From: Vezdaea acicularis
Taxonomy: Eukaryota
Length of the DNA stretch: 64,000 nt
NCBI GenBank assembly: GCA_026025075.1
Contig: JAPEUI010000011.1
Location: 1-64,000 of the forward strand
Direction of reading: 5' to 3'
The notes under the pieces are model-generated. The model did no database searches, was not told where the DNA came from, and saw nothing but the letters and a program-made list of their open reading frames with translations. How positions within the stretch are numbered: the stretch's first letter is position 1; the number at the start of each line of letters is the position of its first letter. Both the position numbers and the translations under genes were made by a program. Shown piece after piece: positions 1 to 12,002 of the stretch.

Positions 1-1818
1 ACGTAACCTCTTCCTTGTAGCTTCAAAATTGTACAGCGTGCCAGCAACCGGCGTTCTTCCTATGGGCCGATCTGCAGCGCTATATAGGCGCGAATTTGGG
101 ACTCCCTCGGTGAGGCTGGGTTCACTGAACGTAGCTAATAACCGTGGGCCGACTAAATCTACCCAGGCGTCTAAGCCACCCCGAAGCAGAATAGGATCTC
201 TTTGCAGTCGCTTCTTGTAGCTGTAGTCTGTGAGACATTTGCGCAAATTCTCGAGGGCGCTACCATCCTTGAGGTCGCTCATCGCACCTGAACCAGACTG
301 GTATGAAGTTGATTTTTGATCGTAGATTACAATTAGATTATATGTATCCCGCCGGGCAAAAAGTTTTCTCTCCGAGTCAGGAGATATCTCAAGCGCCTCT
401 TCAAGTTCCTCTGCAGAAGTTCCAGGTCTTACCACAATTGGTTCTATACAGATGATCGATTGAGTCAGAATATGGCCCTCATCAAAGTCTGCGCGGTCTC
501 GGACGTCGATAACTAGGATCCGGAGGTTATGTGACCCTTTTCGAAAGTAATCATTTAATGTTTCCGCATCAATAGTCGTCTCTTCTGATAATCGAATTTG
601 AGATTTGCGATTTGGTGCAATGATTCTCGAGTTTCCTCCCATATCCAGTGTTTCATCCTGATCGACATCATCCACATTCCTTAACCACGATGTATTAGCT
701 GCCGGAGGCGGAGGATTCCCGCCAAGCTCGTTTATGTTTCTTGTGATCGGACGAGGTTGGCTGAGATTAGTAGACGGAGGAAAGGCGGTAGCTGGGCTGT
801 AAGCAGGACTCGGCGGGCGCGGCATTAGCGTCATGAGCTGCAACTCTGGATTGGCATCCGGGAGGACGGGTGCCGGCCTCGACGGGCTAGGCATAGCCCG
901 TGGGCCGTTTAATCGGGTTTGAAATGGAAGCGTACGGTCAGAAGCGGAATGATCTTGTATCGCAGCCCTGGATTCGGGAATGAAGTCTTTGGGTGAAGGC
1001 ATTCGTATGAAGCTTTGCACATTGCTTGTCTTCTCGGGTACTAAGTTTGCACCTGAACTAAGACCTCTGCTCTTTTCGAGTACGTCATTTGTGCCATCTG
1101 TTCCTCTAAGTTTCGAGAACCGCTCTGCAAGTGTGTCATAGTCTGTTTGATCCGAAGTCTTGTTATGAGGGAAGTTATTGGTTGAGAAGGATTTTCCGTG
1201 CAGATTGGGCGGTTTGGGACTGACTTTTGGTCTGCGTTTTGGAGAAGAGTTTCCATGGCGGGCCTGGGAAGCCAACTCTGAGTCTTCTTGTTTGGAGCTG
1301 TAAGCTATATCTTGAGTACTTTTGAGAGTGCTTAAAGCATCACTCTCGGAGGTATCTTTGAGACTAGGAACTGCGTTCATGGCTCGTGCTTCATCAGTCC
1401 CAGAGCCTGTCGTAGGCCCGCCAAGGATGCCGGTTTTCCGAATGTCGTTTTTGATGCGACTGAAGGTTTCCCCTTTCGAGATTATCCTTGCCCTTACATC
1501 CTGATATTGTCGCCATAGTTGCGCTTGGTCACCTTTTAATCTTGAAAAATCTTGATTTTGAGGCACCACGTTGACACAGATCTCGTACGCAACAATGTAA
1601 TCGACAAATGCGCGGTCTGGTCTTTTAAAGTCTAGAAATGCGGTTGATTGCTTTTCTCGATTGTCGCATTCTTGTATCAATATGCGTATCGGAATGTGTG
1701 CATTATAATTCTCGAGCTCGGCATGAAATCTGTCAAGTATATCGTCAAATGAAGGATATTTGGAGGTTGACTTAGACGTAGAGGGCCCATTTATAGTCGT
1801 TGTAGTTGAGACCGTCAT
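1..1818 (-). CDS. DOA4: Doa4/Ubp4-like ubiquitin C-terminal hydrolase, 5' portion including the rhodanese-like domain; runs off the left edge
   Basis: ATG at 1818 is in frame with manually translated ILVIDVRDRADFDEGHILTQSIICIEP...LLRGGLDAWVD, a rhodanese-like domain typical of the Doa4/USP8 family. The catalytic domain lies outside the window. Probably absent from the ORF track because its stop lies outside the window. Confidence 0.75.
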   Translation of the reverse strand, partial: MTVSTTTTINGPSTSKSTSKYPSFDDILDRFHAELENYNAHIPIRILIQECDNREKQSTAFLDFKRPDRAFVDYIVAYEICVNVVPQNQDFSRLKGDQAQLWRQYQDVRARIISKGETFSRIKNDIRKTGILGGPTTGSGTDEARAMNAVPSLKDTSESDALSTLKSTQDIAYSSKQEDSELASQARHGNSSPKRRPKVSPKPPNLHGKSFSTNNFPHNKTSDQTDYDTLAERFSKLRGTDGTNDVLEKSRGLSSGANLVPEKTSNVQSFIRMPSPKDFIPESRAAIQDHSASDRTLPFQTRLNGPRAMPSPSRPAPVLPDANPELQLMTLMPRPPSPAYSPATAFPPSTNLSQPRPITRNINELGGNPPPPAANTSWLRNVDDVDQDETLDMGGNSRIIAPNRKSQIRLSEETTIDAETLNDYFRKGSHNLRILVIDVRDRADFDEGHILTQSIICIEPIVVRPGTSAEELEEALEISPDSERKLFARRDTYNLIVIYDQKSTSYQSGSGAMSDLKDGSALENLRKCLTDYSYKKRLQRDPILLRGGLDAWVDLVGPRLLATFSEPSLTEGVPNSRLYSAADRPIGRTPVAGTLYNFEATRKRLR

Positions 1819-2841
1819 CTCAGATATTAGGTAGGTAGTAAGCCGAAAAACCAACCAGAACCGGTATCAACGGGTAAGGGAATTTTTCGTGGCCAGCGCT
1901 CGCGGCATTCTGGACCTAGCTCATGACTTGCCGGATCAAGAATCAAACGCTAAGTCTTTGATCAAGGATGGCGTTGAGGCTCGTTAGTCTAATGGAGGCC
2001 CTTGACTGGGCAGTGAAAGGCGTAAACACCGTAGTAAGGAATCGGATAACAAGGTGTGAATCGGAAGCCCTAAACCAGTCTGATCCGTTGGGTCTAGAAG
2101 GATATTGGCGTTGCGCTCCAATAACAAATCTGGATTGCAGAGGTAGTTGAAGTTGATTAGTCAATCACCGATATGTGAAGCATAACCAGAAATTGAGCGC
2201 TGCTTAGTGACATAGAGTACAAACGTCCGGTTTATATGTTCTGAGGTCAATAGTAACAAGTCAAGCTCAGCGGGTAGCCGTTTGGCGACGCTGACGCAGT
2301 GGCCGTTCTCAAAAAGTATCACGAGAATAGGCGAGTTGAATGCCCCAAAGCGCCACCAGTCCTAAGCCTGAAGTGATTATGCGGCTTTGTGAGGAGCTCG
2401 CTTAGCTCCGAAATACTTGTTATATCAGGCTCTCGATTATTGGAAGAAAAGCGCAAATGAGCATCAAGAGCTGCTCACTGTGAGCGTCTGTTTCTGCATA
2501 TTAGATGGATCAGACGCTCTTCTAGCACCTCTAAGTTCACAACGGAATTTGGCTAACGAAGGATTTTTGCAAGACCATACCAAAGACACTCTGTTGTAAT
2601 AGCCTACTGGAGGCTAATGCTCTAGGCGCGAGCCTACACTTGCTTAAGTGGCTGCGTCACGCAGCGCAGCAGTGACTTGACGAAGGCCGATCTCCACAGT
2701 AATTCACAGTCTGCATTTATTGTTCCTCACTGACCCAACCTCGGCCTCTCGCTCATACAACCTATTCTAAGTCTACAGCTCTTGAGATCTTGATTTGGCA
2801 TCTTGGGCCTTAATACTACAGCTGTCGAGTACCATCAAACC

Positions 2842-5017
2842 ATGGCGAGTTGGTTCGCCTCTAACTCTGCGCTTGATGAGCAGATCGAGCGCGCCACCTC
2901 CTCAAGCTTGTAGGAACCCCGCTACTGGTTCTCATCATAGACTGACTATCTCTGAAGGGAAGATTTGGCTTTAAATCTTGAGGTCTCGGATGTGATACGC
3001 TCAAAAAGTGTACAGCCCAAGGAAGCTATGAAATCTTTGAAGCGGCGTGTAGGCAACAAGAACCCAAACGTACAAATAGCTGCTCTGAAAGTAAGGAATA
3101 GAGAGAGACACTCCAAGACTAAGCGGCTGATATCATATTCATTTAGCTCACAGATACGTGCGTCAAGAATGGCGGCTCCCATTTTGTCGTCGAAATCGCC
3201 TCTCGGGAATTCATGGACAATCTTGTGTCTCTGTTAAAGGCCTATGGCGCCGCGGCTATTAATGAGGACGTCAAATTAAAGATATTAGAGCTCATACAAG
3301 CCTGGGCTTCGGCAACAGAAGGACGGACAGATCTTTCCTATATCTCTGAGACATATTGGAGGCTGCAACAAGAAGGCTTTCGTTTTCCACCAAAAGTAGA
3401 TCTGGCAAGTAGTATGCTAGATAGTAGTGCTGTAAGATTCTTTCAACCTTGGGAGATGTGCTCAGCTTACAACGATCTGTTTAGCCTCCAGAATGGACTG
3501 ACTCCGACGTTTGTATGCGATGTCGAACGCCTTTCAGCTTTACCAATAGGAAACATCACTGTCGTAATTGTGGAAATGTCTTTGACGGTGCATGCTCAAG
3601 CAAAACATTGCCACTACCACATCTCGGGATCATTCAGCCTGTTCGCGTAGATGACGGATGCTATGCAAAATTGACTGATAGATCGAGAAGTGGATCAGTA
3701 TCAGTTGAGCGGGCTGGAAGTCGAGCGCTTCATCCTCATAGACATCGCACGTCCTCGCAACTACAGCCTCGGGAAGCACGGGTGGATAGAACCTATGACG
3801 ATGACCTGAAAAGAGCGCTAGAGATGAGCTTAGAAGAAGCTAAGGGTAATTCTAGGGCTGGATACGTTCCCCAGTCGCAACTTCAATCACATCACTCCAA
3901 GCCTTCAGCGAACGGGACTCCAGCTGGAGCCACTTCGGAAATCCAAGAAGATGAAGAAGATTTGGAACTAAAGGCTGCAATTGCAGCCTCTCTACAAGAC
4001 ATGGAGGAGCAAAAGAAGAAGCACGCGGAGACGTTAAAGCAACAGTCTACGGAGGCAACGAACGGCCCAGCACAGCCTGGTGGACTTCTCTCAAAGAACG
4101 ACTACGAGCTGACGCCTGTTGAAGCGGAGAACATCAATCTGTTCTCGACATTAGTTGATCGTCTCCAAAATCAGCCCCCGGGCACAATTCTTAGAGAGCC
4201 TCAAATTCAGGAACTATATGAGAGCATAGGGACATTGCGGCCAAAGCTTGCTCGAACGTATGGCGAAACGATGAGCAAGCACGATGCTCTTCTCGATCTC
4301 CATGCTAAGCTCTCTACTGTTGTTCGGTACTATGACCGTATGTTAGAAGAACGCTTGTCCAATACCTACAACCCTCCTACAATGGGTGGCTACAACCCAC
4401 GCCGACAGATACAGCCCCCAGCCTCAAATGTATATCCAAACATATCTTCAACAAACCCAAGTGCGCAATCAGGTGCAGAAATATTCCATGCCGCCCCAAG
4501 TGCTCTGATGGGTGCCGAGAGCTACTACACTGGTCCTACAACCCCTGCAGCAGTTGAATATACTCGATCCGAGTCAACTTACAATAACTATCCTCCCCAG
4601 TCGCCCCAGTTGCAAGCCAACCAAGCCTCTCGCAACCGTGTTCAGGCTTCACCCGCTGATCCTTATCATCAAAAGCATGACAATTATCCCGCGCCACGGG
4701 GTACAAATCCTCAAACATTCCCCCATTCACCCACTCTATCTCAGGCGACGCAGCATCGAGCAGGAGCAAGACCATATCAGCAGACACCATCACAGCAGTA
4801 TTTACCTATACAGCAACCTCAAACAATTTATTCCCAGCCTGGTCAGCCTCAGGAGCCTCAATTCCCACAGCGAGCCCTTGACACTCAACAGCAGTGGTCA
4901 CAGCCACCACATGCTGCTCCTTACTCACCGCAGCCAGTATACACTCAGGAGTCTTTCCCACGGGCCCCTCAAAATAATCTGCAGCCCAAGGTAGAAGAAA
5001 GCCTGATTGATTTATAA
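2842..5017 (+). CDS. VPS27: ESCRT-0 subunit Vps27 (VHS-FYVE-UIM-UIM-GAT, P/Q-rich tail)
   Basis: Spliced model with introns 2910-2957, 3091-3146 and 3432-3484. VHS: MASWF...[24 protein letters not shown]...RKHHCRNCG. Two UIMs: [13 protein letters not shown] and [14 protein letters not shown]-terminal clathrin box LIDL. Confidence 0.95.
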
Positions 5018-5552
5018 CGTTTTCCTTGGTGGAGGACGATTGCTTAATTGATGTAACACTATTAGTAATCAGAGTCGCAATTACGACAATACGCATTTGT
5101 GGAAGGCACGGCGCAAACACTATCTTCGTCTTTTTGATGGGGCCCATTTCCTGGGGAAGGTTATATAGGTTGAATTGTTCAAAGCGCTGCAATGTGGCGT
5201 AGAATTTGTAGGCGGTAAGGCGGAGCTGAAGCGCCTTTGAGGGCCTAGCGGACTAAGAAAGTGACATAACTTAGCATCGCGCGAGAACATCGAAGGATTT
5301 GGACTCGATGCAAGTAGATACTGAAGTTATAGATTTTCCTCGCTTTTCTCTTGTGATTATTTTAGGTTCATCATGATTCTAAGAAGACGGGGGGGGGCGA
5401 AATAAGCGCTATAAGCACGGCACAAACGCGTAGTGGGGCGCGGTTCAAAGATGTAGATAGAACAAGTGCTCATTTGAGCATGAACCTCAACTATTTCTCT
5501 AAATCTTGGGGTGCCGACTCACTACAGATACGGATTTAGCGCATATATCTAC

Positions 5553-8141
5553 GATGGCCCGGCATCGATTAATTAGGAATCTTGACTTATCAGAGGAGCT
5601 TGACGATTACGATGGTTATGACGAGTACGATGATTATGACGATTACGACGATGTAAAACCCATTGTGGCCCCAGAAAAGAAAACAGTTAAAAGATTGCCT
5701 GCAATTAAGAGTATTCAAGGTGAGCCCGAACATTTCTCAAGTCATCAAGCCGCCTCGACTTCATTTCCGCTACCATTTTTTGGGTGCCCGTACGTCGGTG
5801 AGTTCCTCCTACGATCTAGATTTATTCAATACACTATGTATTGACTGTATTCTACTCTTCAGATAGATCAAAGCCAGCCTCTATTTTGCGAACCTACCAG
5901 ACGGTTGTGGACTCTCCACGGCTGGTAGAAAACTTCTTTCACGATACACCCTGGTTGAACATACCTTCTCATCGGCGGGGCGAGATCCTCATAGACCCTC
6001 TTTACCCTAAGGGGAAACTATTGGGAGGCGCTTCCAAGCAACCCAGTGATGGCAAGATATCCAAGCTTGCGGCTCTCGCGGCTGCCAGGAGGAGAAAGGA
6101 GGAGGAGAAAAAGAAGGCAGTCTCTCGAGAAATGACTGAAGCTTCACAGAAGGATTCAAATGCTCTGGTTGACCCTGCGCTAAGAGTTGAAGGACTCCAT
6201 GTCTCTGAAAATCCAAGGAAGCAAGGACTTGATGCCTTAGCCTCCAACAACACTACCTCCTTCAGCCAACGACCTGGAAGGAGACTGAAGAATCTGAGAA
6301 CGGAAATGTCGCAGCCGCCACCAGAGCCTGAGGCAGAAGCGGACGGAACGGCTCATAAGTTCGAAGAGAAGGAGGAAAGCTCAAATGAAGCTCCAATCTC
6401 ACAGCAACTTCAAGCGGCCCCATCCTCGTTCGCAATGACAGCCCTTGGCACTAGATCTAGCCCTTTCGCTTCTCAAAGTCGAGGCGGCAGCTTTACGATG
6501 CAATATGCACCTTCTAGATCAATTACTGAACCGTTCACATTCCTAGGCCCCAGTCCAGACGACGTTGTCAAAGCGGCAAAAAATTCCACAGGTGCAAATA
6601 TTGCTCGAAGATGACCGGGTCCCCTTACTGACAAGGGTTAGCCAAGAAAGCTATCTCGGCATCATCTAAACCTGTGGGTCGTAACGATACAATCGCTCCC
6701 GTTACGACTGGCTTGAGGGATTTGGCGGTACCTCAGTCGTCAGCCCCGAAATATAAAGGCATCGACGTCCTGGCACAGTATAAAAAGTCAAACATGAAGA
6801 GATCGGCCAACTTTGTTGTTATTGGTGAGTCTACAGAGGCAGCAAAAGAGAACCTACCCCTTTACCAATATACTGAACTCAGTGCAGGACATGTCGACGC
6901 TGGCAAAAGTACACTGATGGGCCGTCTCTTGTTAGATCTTGGCGTCGTCGACCAGAGAACTATAGAGAAATACCGAAAACAGGCCCAGGAAATTGGTAAA
7001 TCTTCTTTTGCGCTTGCGTGGGTGTTAGACCAGGGCAGCGAAGAGCGCAATCGAGGTGTTACCATAGATATCGCTACAAACAAATTCGAAACAGAGAACG
7101 CCATTTTCACCATTTTAGATGCTCCAGGACATCAAGACTTTATACCGAACATGATTGCAGGAGCAAGCCAAGCGGATTTTGCTGTGCTCGTTATTGACGG
7201 GAGCCCTAACAGCTTTGAGTCCGGCCTTCGTGGGCAAACCAAGGAGCATGTTCTGCTAGTCAGGAGTATTGGAGTTAAACGTTTAATTGTAGCAATCAAT
7301 AAGCTTGATACTGTAAGCGAGCTTATCAGCAAGAACATCATATGCTAACCATCTTTAGGTAAATTGGTCGAAGGCCCGATTTGAGGAGATTACCACGCAG
7401 ATGTCTGCTTTCCTGACACCGGCGGGATTTGTACCTAAGAATGTAACTTTCATTCCCTGCTCTGGACTTTTTGGTGATAACATCACCCGTCAGTCCATGC
7501 ATGAAGCGGCAGCTTGGTACAAGGGTCCAACTTTGATTCAGGAGCTCGAAAAATCCGAGCCAGTAATGAAGGATATGAAGAAACCTTTCCGGGTCACCAT
7601 TGTAGACGTTTTTCGTGGTGGTATAACAAACCCTCTTTCCATCTCCGGTCGTTTATCCGTAGGCACTCTGCAAGTCGGCGACAATGTCATGGCAATGCCG
7701 AGTGGCGAGGTGGCGGACATTCGAGAAATTGACGTCGATGGAGCGTCTGCAGACTGGGCTGTCGCAGGGCAGAATGTCATACTTCACCTTCAGAACATCG
7801 ATCCCGTTTTCCTCAAAAGCGGAGATGTTCTCTGCGATCCAAGGGCCCCTATTGGGACGGTCAGCTCCTTTACGGCAAAGATACTTGCCTTTGAACATGT
7901 GACACCGATGCAGATTAACGTACACCGAGGGAGACTGGACAAGCCTGGAAGGATAGTACAGCTTATTGCAACACTGGACAAGGGTAGTGGCGCAGTTGTA
8001 AAGAAAAAGCCAAGGATTATACAGCCTGGAAACTTGGCAAGAGTATGGGTGGAGCTTGACTCTCCCGTACCGCTAGAGGCACCTGACCAAGTGATTCTTA
8101 GGGCAGAAGGGACGACAGTGGCTGCAGGGCTGCTGGAGTAG
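5553..8141 (+). CDS. HBS1: Hbs1/Ski7 translational GTPase (eEF1A/eRF3 family), probably alternatively spliced
   Basis: Introns 5720-5862, 6592-6641, 6825-6887 and 7313-7358. G1 [18 protein letters not shown]3 DAPGH, G4 NKLD, then EF-Tu domains II/III. Exon 5863-6591 carries Ski7-like [15 protein letters not shown] and [10 protein letters not shown] motifs. Confidence 0.9.
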
Positions 8142-8899
8142 GACAGGATATAGAACAAGATTTATATCGGCTAGATTCTAATACTAAACACACCCCTCGT
8201 CGAGGTTATAGTAGCATATGGTACTATCACATGTATCTACATGGCGGGCCTAGCCCTGAGGATTCTAACAAAGAGAGTCAACTCTTTAAAAGGCTATTTA
8301 AAGAAAGCTCAAGATATAACTTCAGACACGGTCTTCTGATCAACGTGCACAGCGATTCGAGCTGGATTGAGGCTCCATATCGTTGTTGATCATTTGTAAT
8401 CGTCGCTTTATGAGCAACATCATTGATCCGATCAACAATGCGCATGAACTTTGGGCCAGGCGCTCTCAATAAACTCAAGCTTTCAACAAGTAGAGTGGCC
8501 GCATCAGAGTACGCCTGTCCCCTGACGGGAGACAGAAGCGCAGATAAGTTAGGCGCATCGATTGTGGCGGTCGCAAAAATAAGCTCAACGTGGAGGGTTG
8601 GGTCATGATTGGTCGAATCCGTAGTTGCCAGATTTCCCCCCTGCGCCCGCCAAAAAAAAAGGCCACCTTGACGGAACACAGTGTTCGCTTCAAGTGGCAC
8701 TCAAAAGACCATCAACGCCCTTTCTCTCCTTAACCCCTCTACTCTCTCCTACTTCTACGCCCACCTAACTTCAACCTTCACTCTCTTCCCTTCTACCCGT
8801 TCAGTCTGCGAGAGACTCGTCGCAGTCCTAACTTCTACTGCTTTTCTTGATCACTAGCATCCTGCTTTCTCTGATCGGACTCTTTACGGCACTGCCATC

Positions 8900-11170
8900 A
8901 TGTCGCGGCGTTCGAGGACGGGTGGCTCGTCCCAAGCGACATGGACCACCCTTCTATATCTTCTAGTTGTATTTATTGCCCCATTGGCCCTTCTACAGAC
9001 TGCGCGCGCCGAGGATCAGCAACCGCTACAAGAAAGTCACGATTATGGCACCGGTAAGTCTTCAATGTCCCCAATAGTCCCGCACGGGCCATCTGTATAT
9101 TCCCTTTCTTGTTTTCCTTTTGGCAGCCCTTTTAGCACAACTCGAGACTTACAGGCTGACAAATTTCACCCAGTCATTGGCATTGATTTGGGCACAACCT
9201 ATTCTTGTGTGGGTGTGATGCAAAAGGGCAAGGTTGAAATATTAGTCAATGATCAAGGTCATCGGATAACGCCTTCATATGTGGCTTTCACTGATGAAGA
9301 ACGACTTGTTGGAGATGCTGCAAAGAATCAAGCAGCCGCTAACCCGGTTCGAACAATATTTGACATCAAGTGAGCACTTCCAATTCCCTGTTTCGTACCT
9401 ATCGACCTTGACTAATACGTTCTTTAAGGCGGCTGATTGGTCGTAAATTTTCCGACAAAGATGTCCAGGCTGATATGAAGCATTTCCCTTTCAAAGTCGT
9501 GGAGAAGCAGGGCAAGCCTACCATCAATGTTGACGTTAAGGGTGCCGCGACAAACTTCACTCCTGAGGAGATATCTGCCATGATACTTGGAAAGATGAAG
9601 GAGATCGCCGAGGGCTACCTGGGCAAGAAAGTCACTAATGCCGTCGTTACTGTACCCGCATACTTCAACGACAACCAGCGACAAGCCACCAAGGACGCAG
9701 GAATCATTGCTGGTCTCAATGTTCTCCGGGTTGTTAATGAGCCCACTGCCGCAGCAATTGCCTATGGTCTGGACAAGACTAAAGGCGAGCGCCAAATCAT
9801 CGTCTATGATCTTGGTGGTGGTACTTTCGACGTGTCTCTGCTCTCTATCGACAGCGGTGTTTTCGAGGTACTAGCGACTGCGGGTGATACGCATTTGGGA
9901 GGAGAGGATTTTGATCAGCGGGTTATCAACTATTTCGCCAAACAATACAGTAAAAAGAATAATGTCGATGTCACCAAAGATCTGAAATCGATGGGTAAGC
10001 TGAAGCGCGAAGTTGAGAAAGCGAAGCGTACGCTATCCTCCCAAATGTCTACTCGGATCGAAATTGAGGCCTTCCACAACGGCAACGACTTCTCTGAGAC
10101 TTTGACTCGGGCAAAGTTCGAGGAGCTCAACAACGATCTCTTCAAGAAGACTCTCAAACCTGTCGAGCAAGTTCTCAAGGATGCCAAAGTCAAAAAGAGC
10201 GAGATCGACGACATTGTTCTCGTTGGTGGCTCTACTCGTATTCCAAAGGTTCAAGCCCTCCTAGAAGAATATTTCGGTGGCAAGAAGGCTAGCAAGGGCA
10301 TTAATCCAGATGAGGCGGTAGCATACGGTGCAGCCGTCCAAGCCGGTGTTCTTTCTGGTGAGGAGGGTACCGACGAGATCGTCCTCATGGATGTCAACCC
10401 ATTGACATTGGGTATCGAGACTACTGGTGGTGTAATGACAAAGCTGATCGGCCGTGGTACACCCATCCCGACTCGCAAATCGCAGATCTTTTCTACTGCC
10501 GCCGACAACCAGCCAGTTGTTCTCATTCAAGTTTTCGAGGGTGAACGAACCATGACCAAAGATAACAATCTGCTCGGCAAATTCGAACTTACTGGTATAC
10601 CTCCTGCGCCCCGTGGTGTCCCCCAAATCGAAGTTTCCTTTGAGCTCGATGCCAACGGTATCCTCAAGGTCAGCGCTGGCGACAAGGGAACAGGCCGATC
10701 CGAGACTATCACGATTACTAACGACAAGGGCCGTCTCACTCAAGAGGAAATTGACCGCATGGTTGCAGATGCTGAAAAGTTTGCCGAGGAGGACAAGGCT
10801 ACTCGCGAGAGAATTGAAGCTCGCAACGGACTTGAGAATTACGCTTTCAGCCTGAAGAACCAGGTCAATGATGATGACGGTCTAGGTGGAAAGATCGACG
10901 ATGAGGACAAGGAAACAGTGAGTTGTCCAAATGCTTGAATAGCTACAGCGTCCTTCTGCTAACTTCCATCTTCAGCTTATCGACGCGGTCAAGGAAACAC
11001 AAGAATGGCTCGAAGAGAATGCCGGCACCGCTACAGCAGAAGACTTCGAAGAGCAGAAGGAGAAGCTCTCAAACGTTGCGTATCCTATCACAAGCAAGCT
11101 TTACGAAGGTGCCGGACCCGGAGGTGCGGAAGAGGATGAAGACTTTGAGTCGACGCATGACGAGCTATAG
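8900..11170 (+). CDS. KAR2: ER Hsp70 chaperone BiP/Kar2
   Basis: Signal peptide; [17 protein letters not shown] and [11 protein letters not shown] signatures; introns 9054-9173, 9370-9428 and 10918-10975; ends in HDEL-stop. Confidence 0.98.
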
Positions 11171-11705
11171 AGGAGTGTGTTATATACGAAGTACGAAGTG
11201 GCCCATGCATAACAACGGTGTAATTTGATTTTGACTATTATATGCGAGGCCTTTAAGCTGAGCTCGCATCTTGTCTCTTCTAGTAGCAACGTAGACTCTT
11301 GAAGCGAGATCCATTCGATGTATTCATGACTCATTTTGCTATTGATGACTTTTGACCATTAAAAAAGATTCAATTAGTTCCATATATGGGTAGAGGATCC
11401 AGTCGAACGACAACCTATGCATCTTGGGGACAATCAAGTAGCAATTGCTGCACTGGGAGTGGGGATCAACCCCTGAGGAAGTCTAGAATGAGCCACTTCG
11501 CATGGAAACTCTTGCGTCATACTCAGATCCCTCGCTGAGGGGTCATTAGCGAAGATCAGTACTCGTACCCGCATCTTGATATATAACAAGAGCATGCCAT
11601 AAGATTTAAACATTAGCATATACCTCAAAGACTTCTATCACGATCGTAGTCATCACCATACTTCACCCAAGCTCATAATTCATACACGCAGCCAACCCAT
11701 CCACC

Positions 11706-12002
11706 ATGGATACTCTGAAAAATGCCGCCTCCTCCCTCGTTCCCAACAGCGAACAAGGAAGCACTCCGCAGGACAATCAACAAGGCGGCGAAAGTCTAGT
11801 CGACGGGCTCAAAGACCAAGTGACGAGGGTGACTAGCGGAGAGACGAAGTCGACACAGAACATAGATGACCTTGCGAAGGAGACTGGCTTGACAAGCGGA
11901 CAGCACAGTAAGGACCAGGACGAGCGATTGGGGGATGAGCATGTTAGCGATTTCCTGAGGGAAAAAGTCCAGACGACGGGTGGGAAGGAGACGGTTTCAT
12001 AG
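11706..12002 (+). CDS. Small hydrophilic hypothetical protein (98 aa)
   Basis: Single ORF with good start context (CCACCATGG), TATATAA at about 11580 and a CA-rich leader. Composition is hydrophilin-like. No family recognised. Confidence 0.55.
   Translation: MDTLKNAASSLVPNSEQGSTPQDNQQGGESLVDGLKDQVTRVTSGETKSTQNIDDLAKETGLTSGQHSKDQDERLGDEHVSDFLREKVQTTGGKETVS

Noticed and set aside
4457..4530. 39-nt degenerate duplication in the VPS27 tail (two PSA..GAE units)
   Set aside because: Minor slippage in a low-complexity disordered region.
8588..8612. ERSE-like CCAAT...CCACG upstream of KAR2
   Set aside because: The spacing is 14 nt rather than 9, and ERSE is not an established fungal element. I could not support a UPRE either.
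9399..10855. Antisense and alternate-frame ORFs over KAR2
   Set aside because: Typical Hsp70 codon-bias shadows; fragmented and without independent signals.
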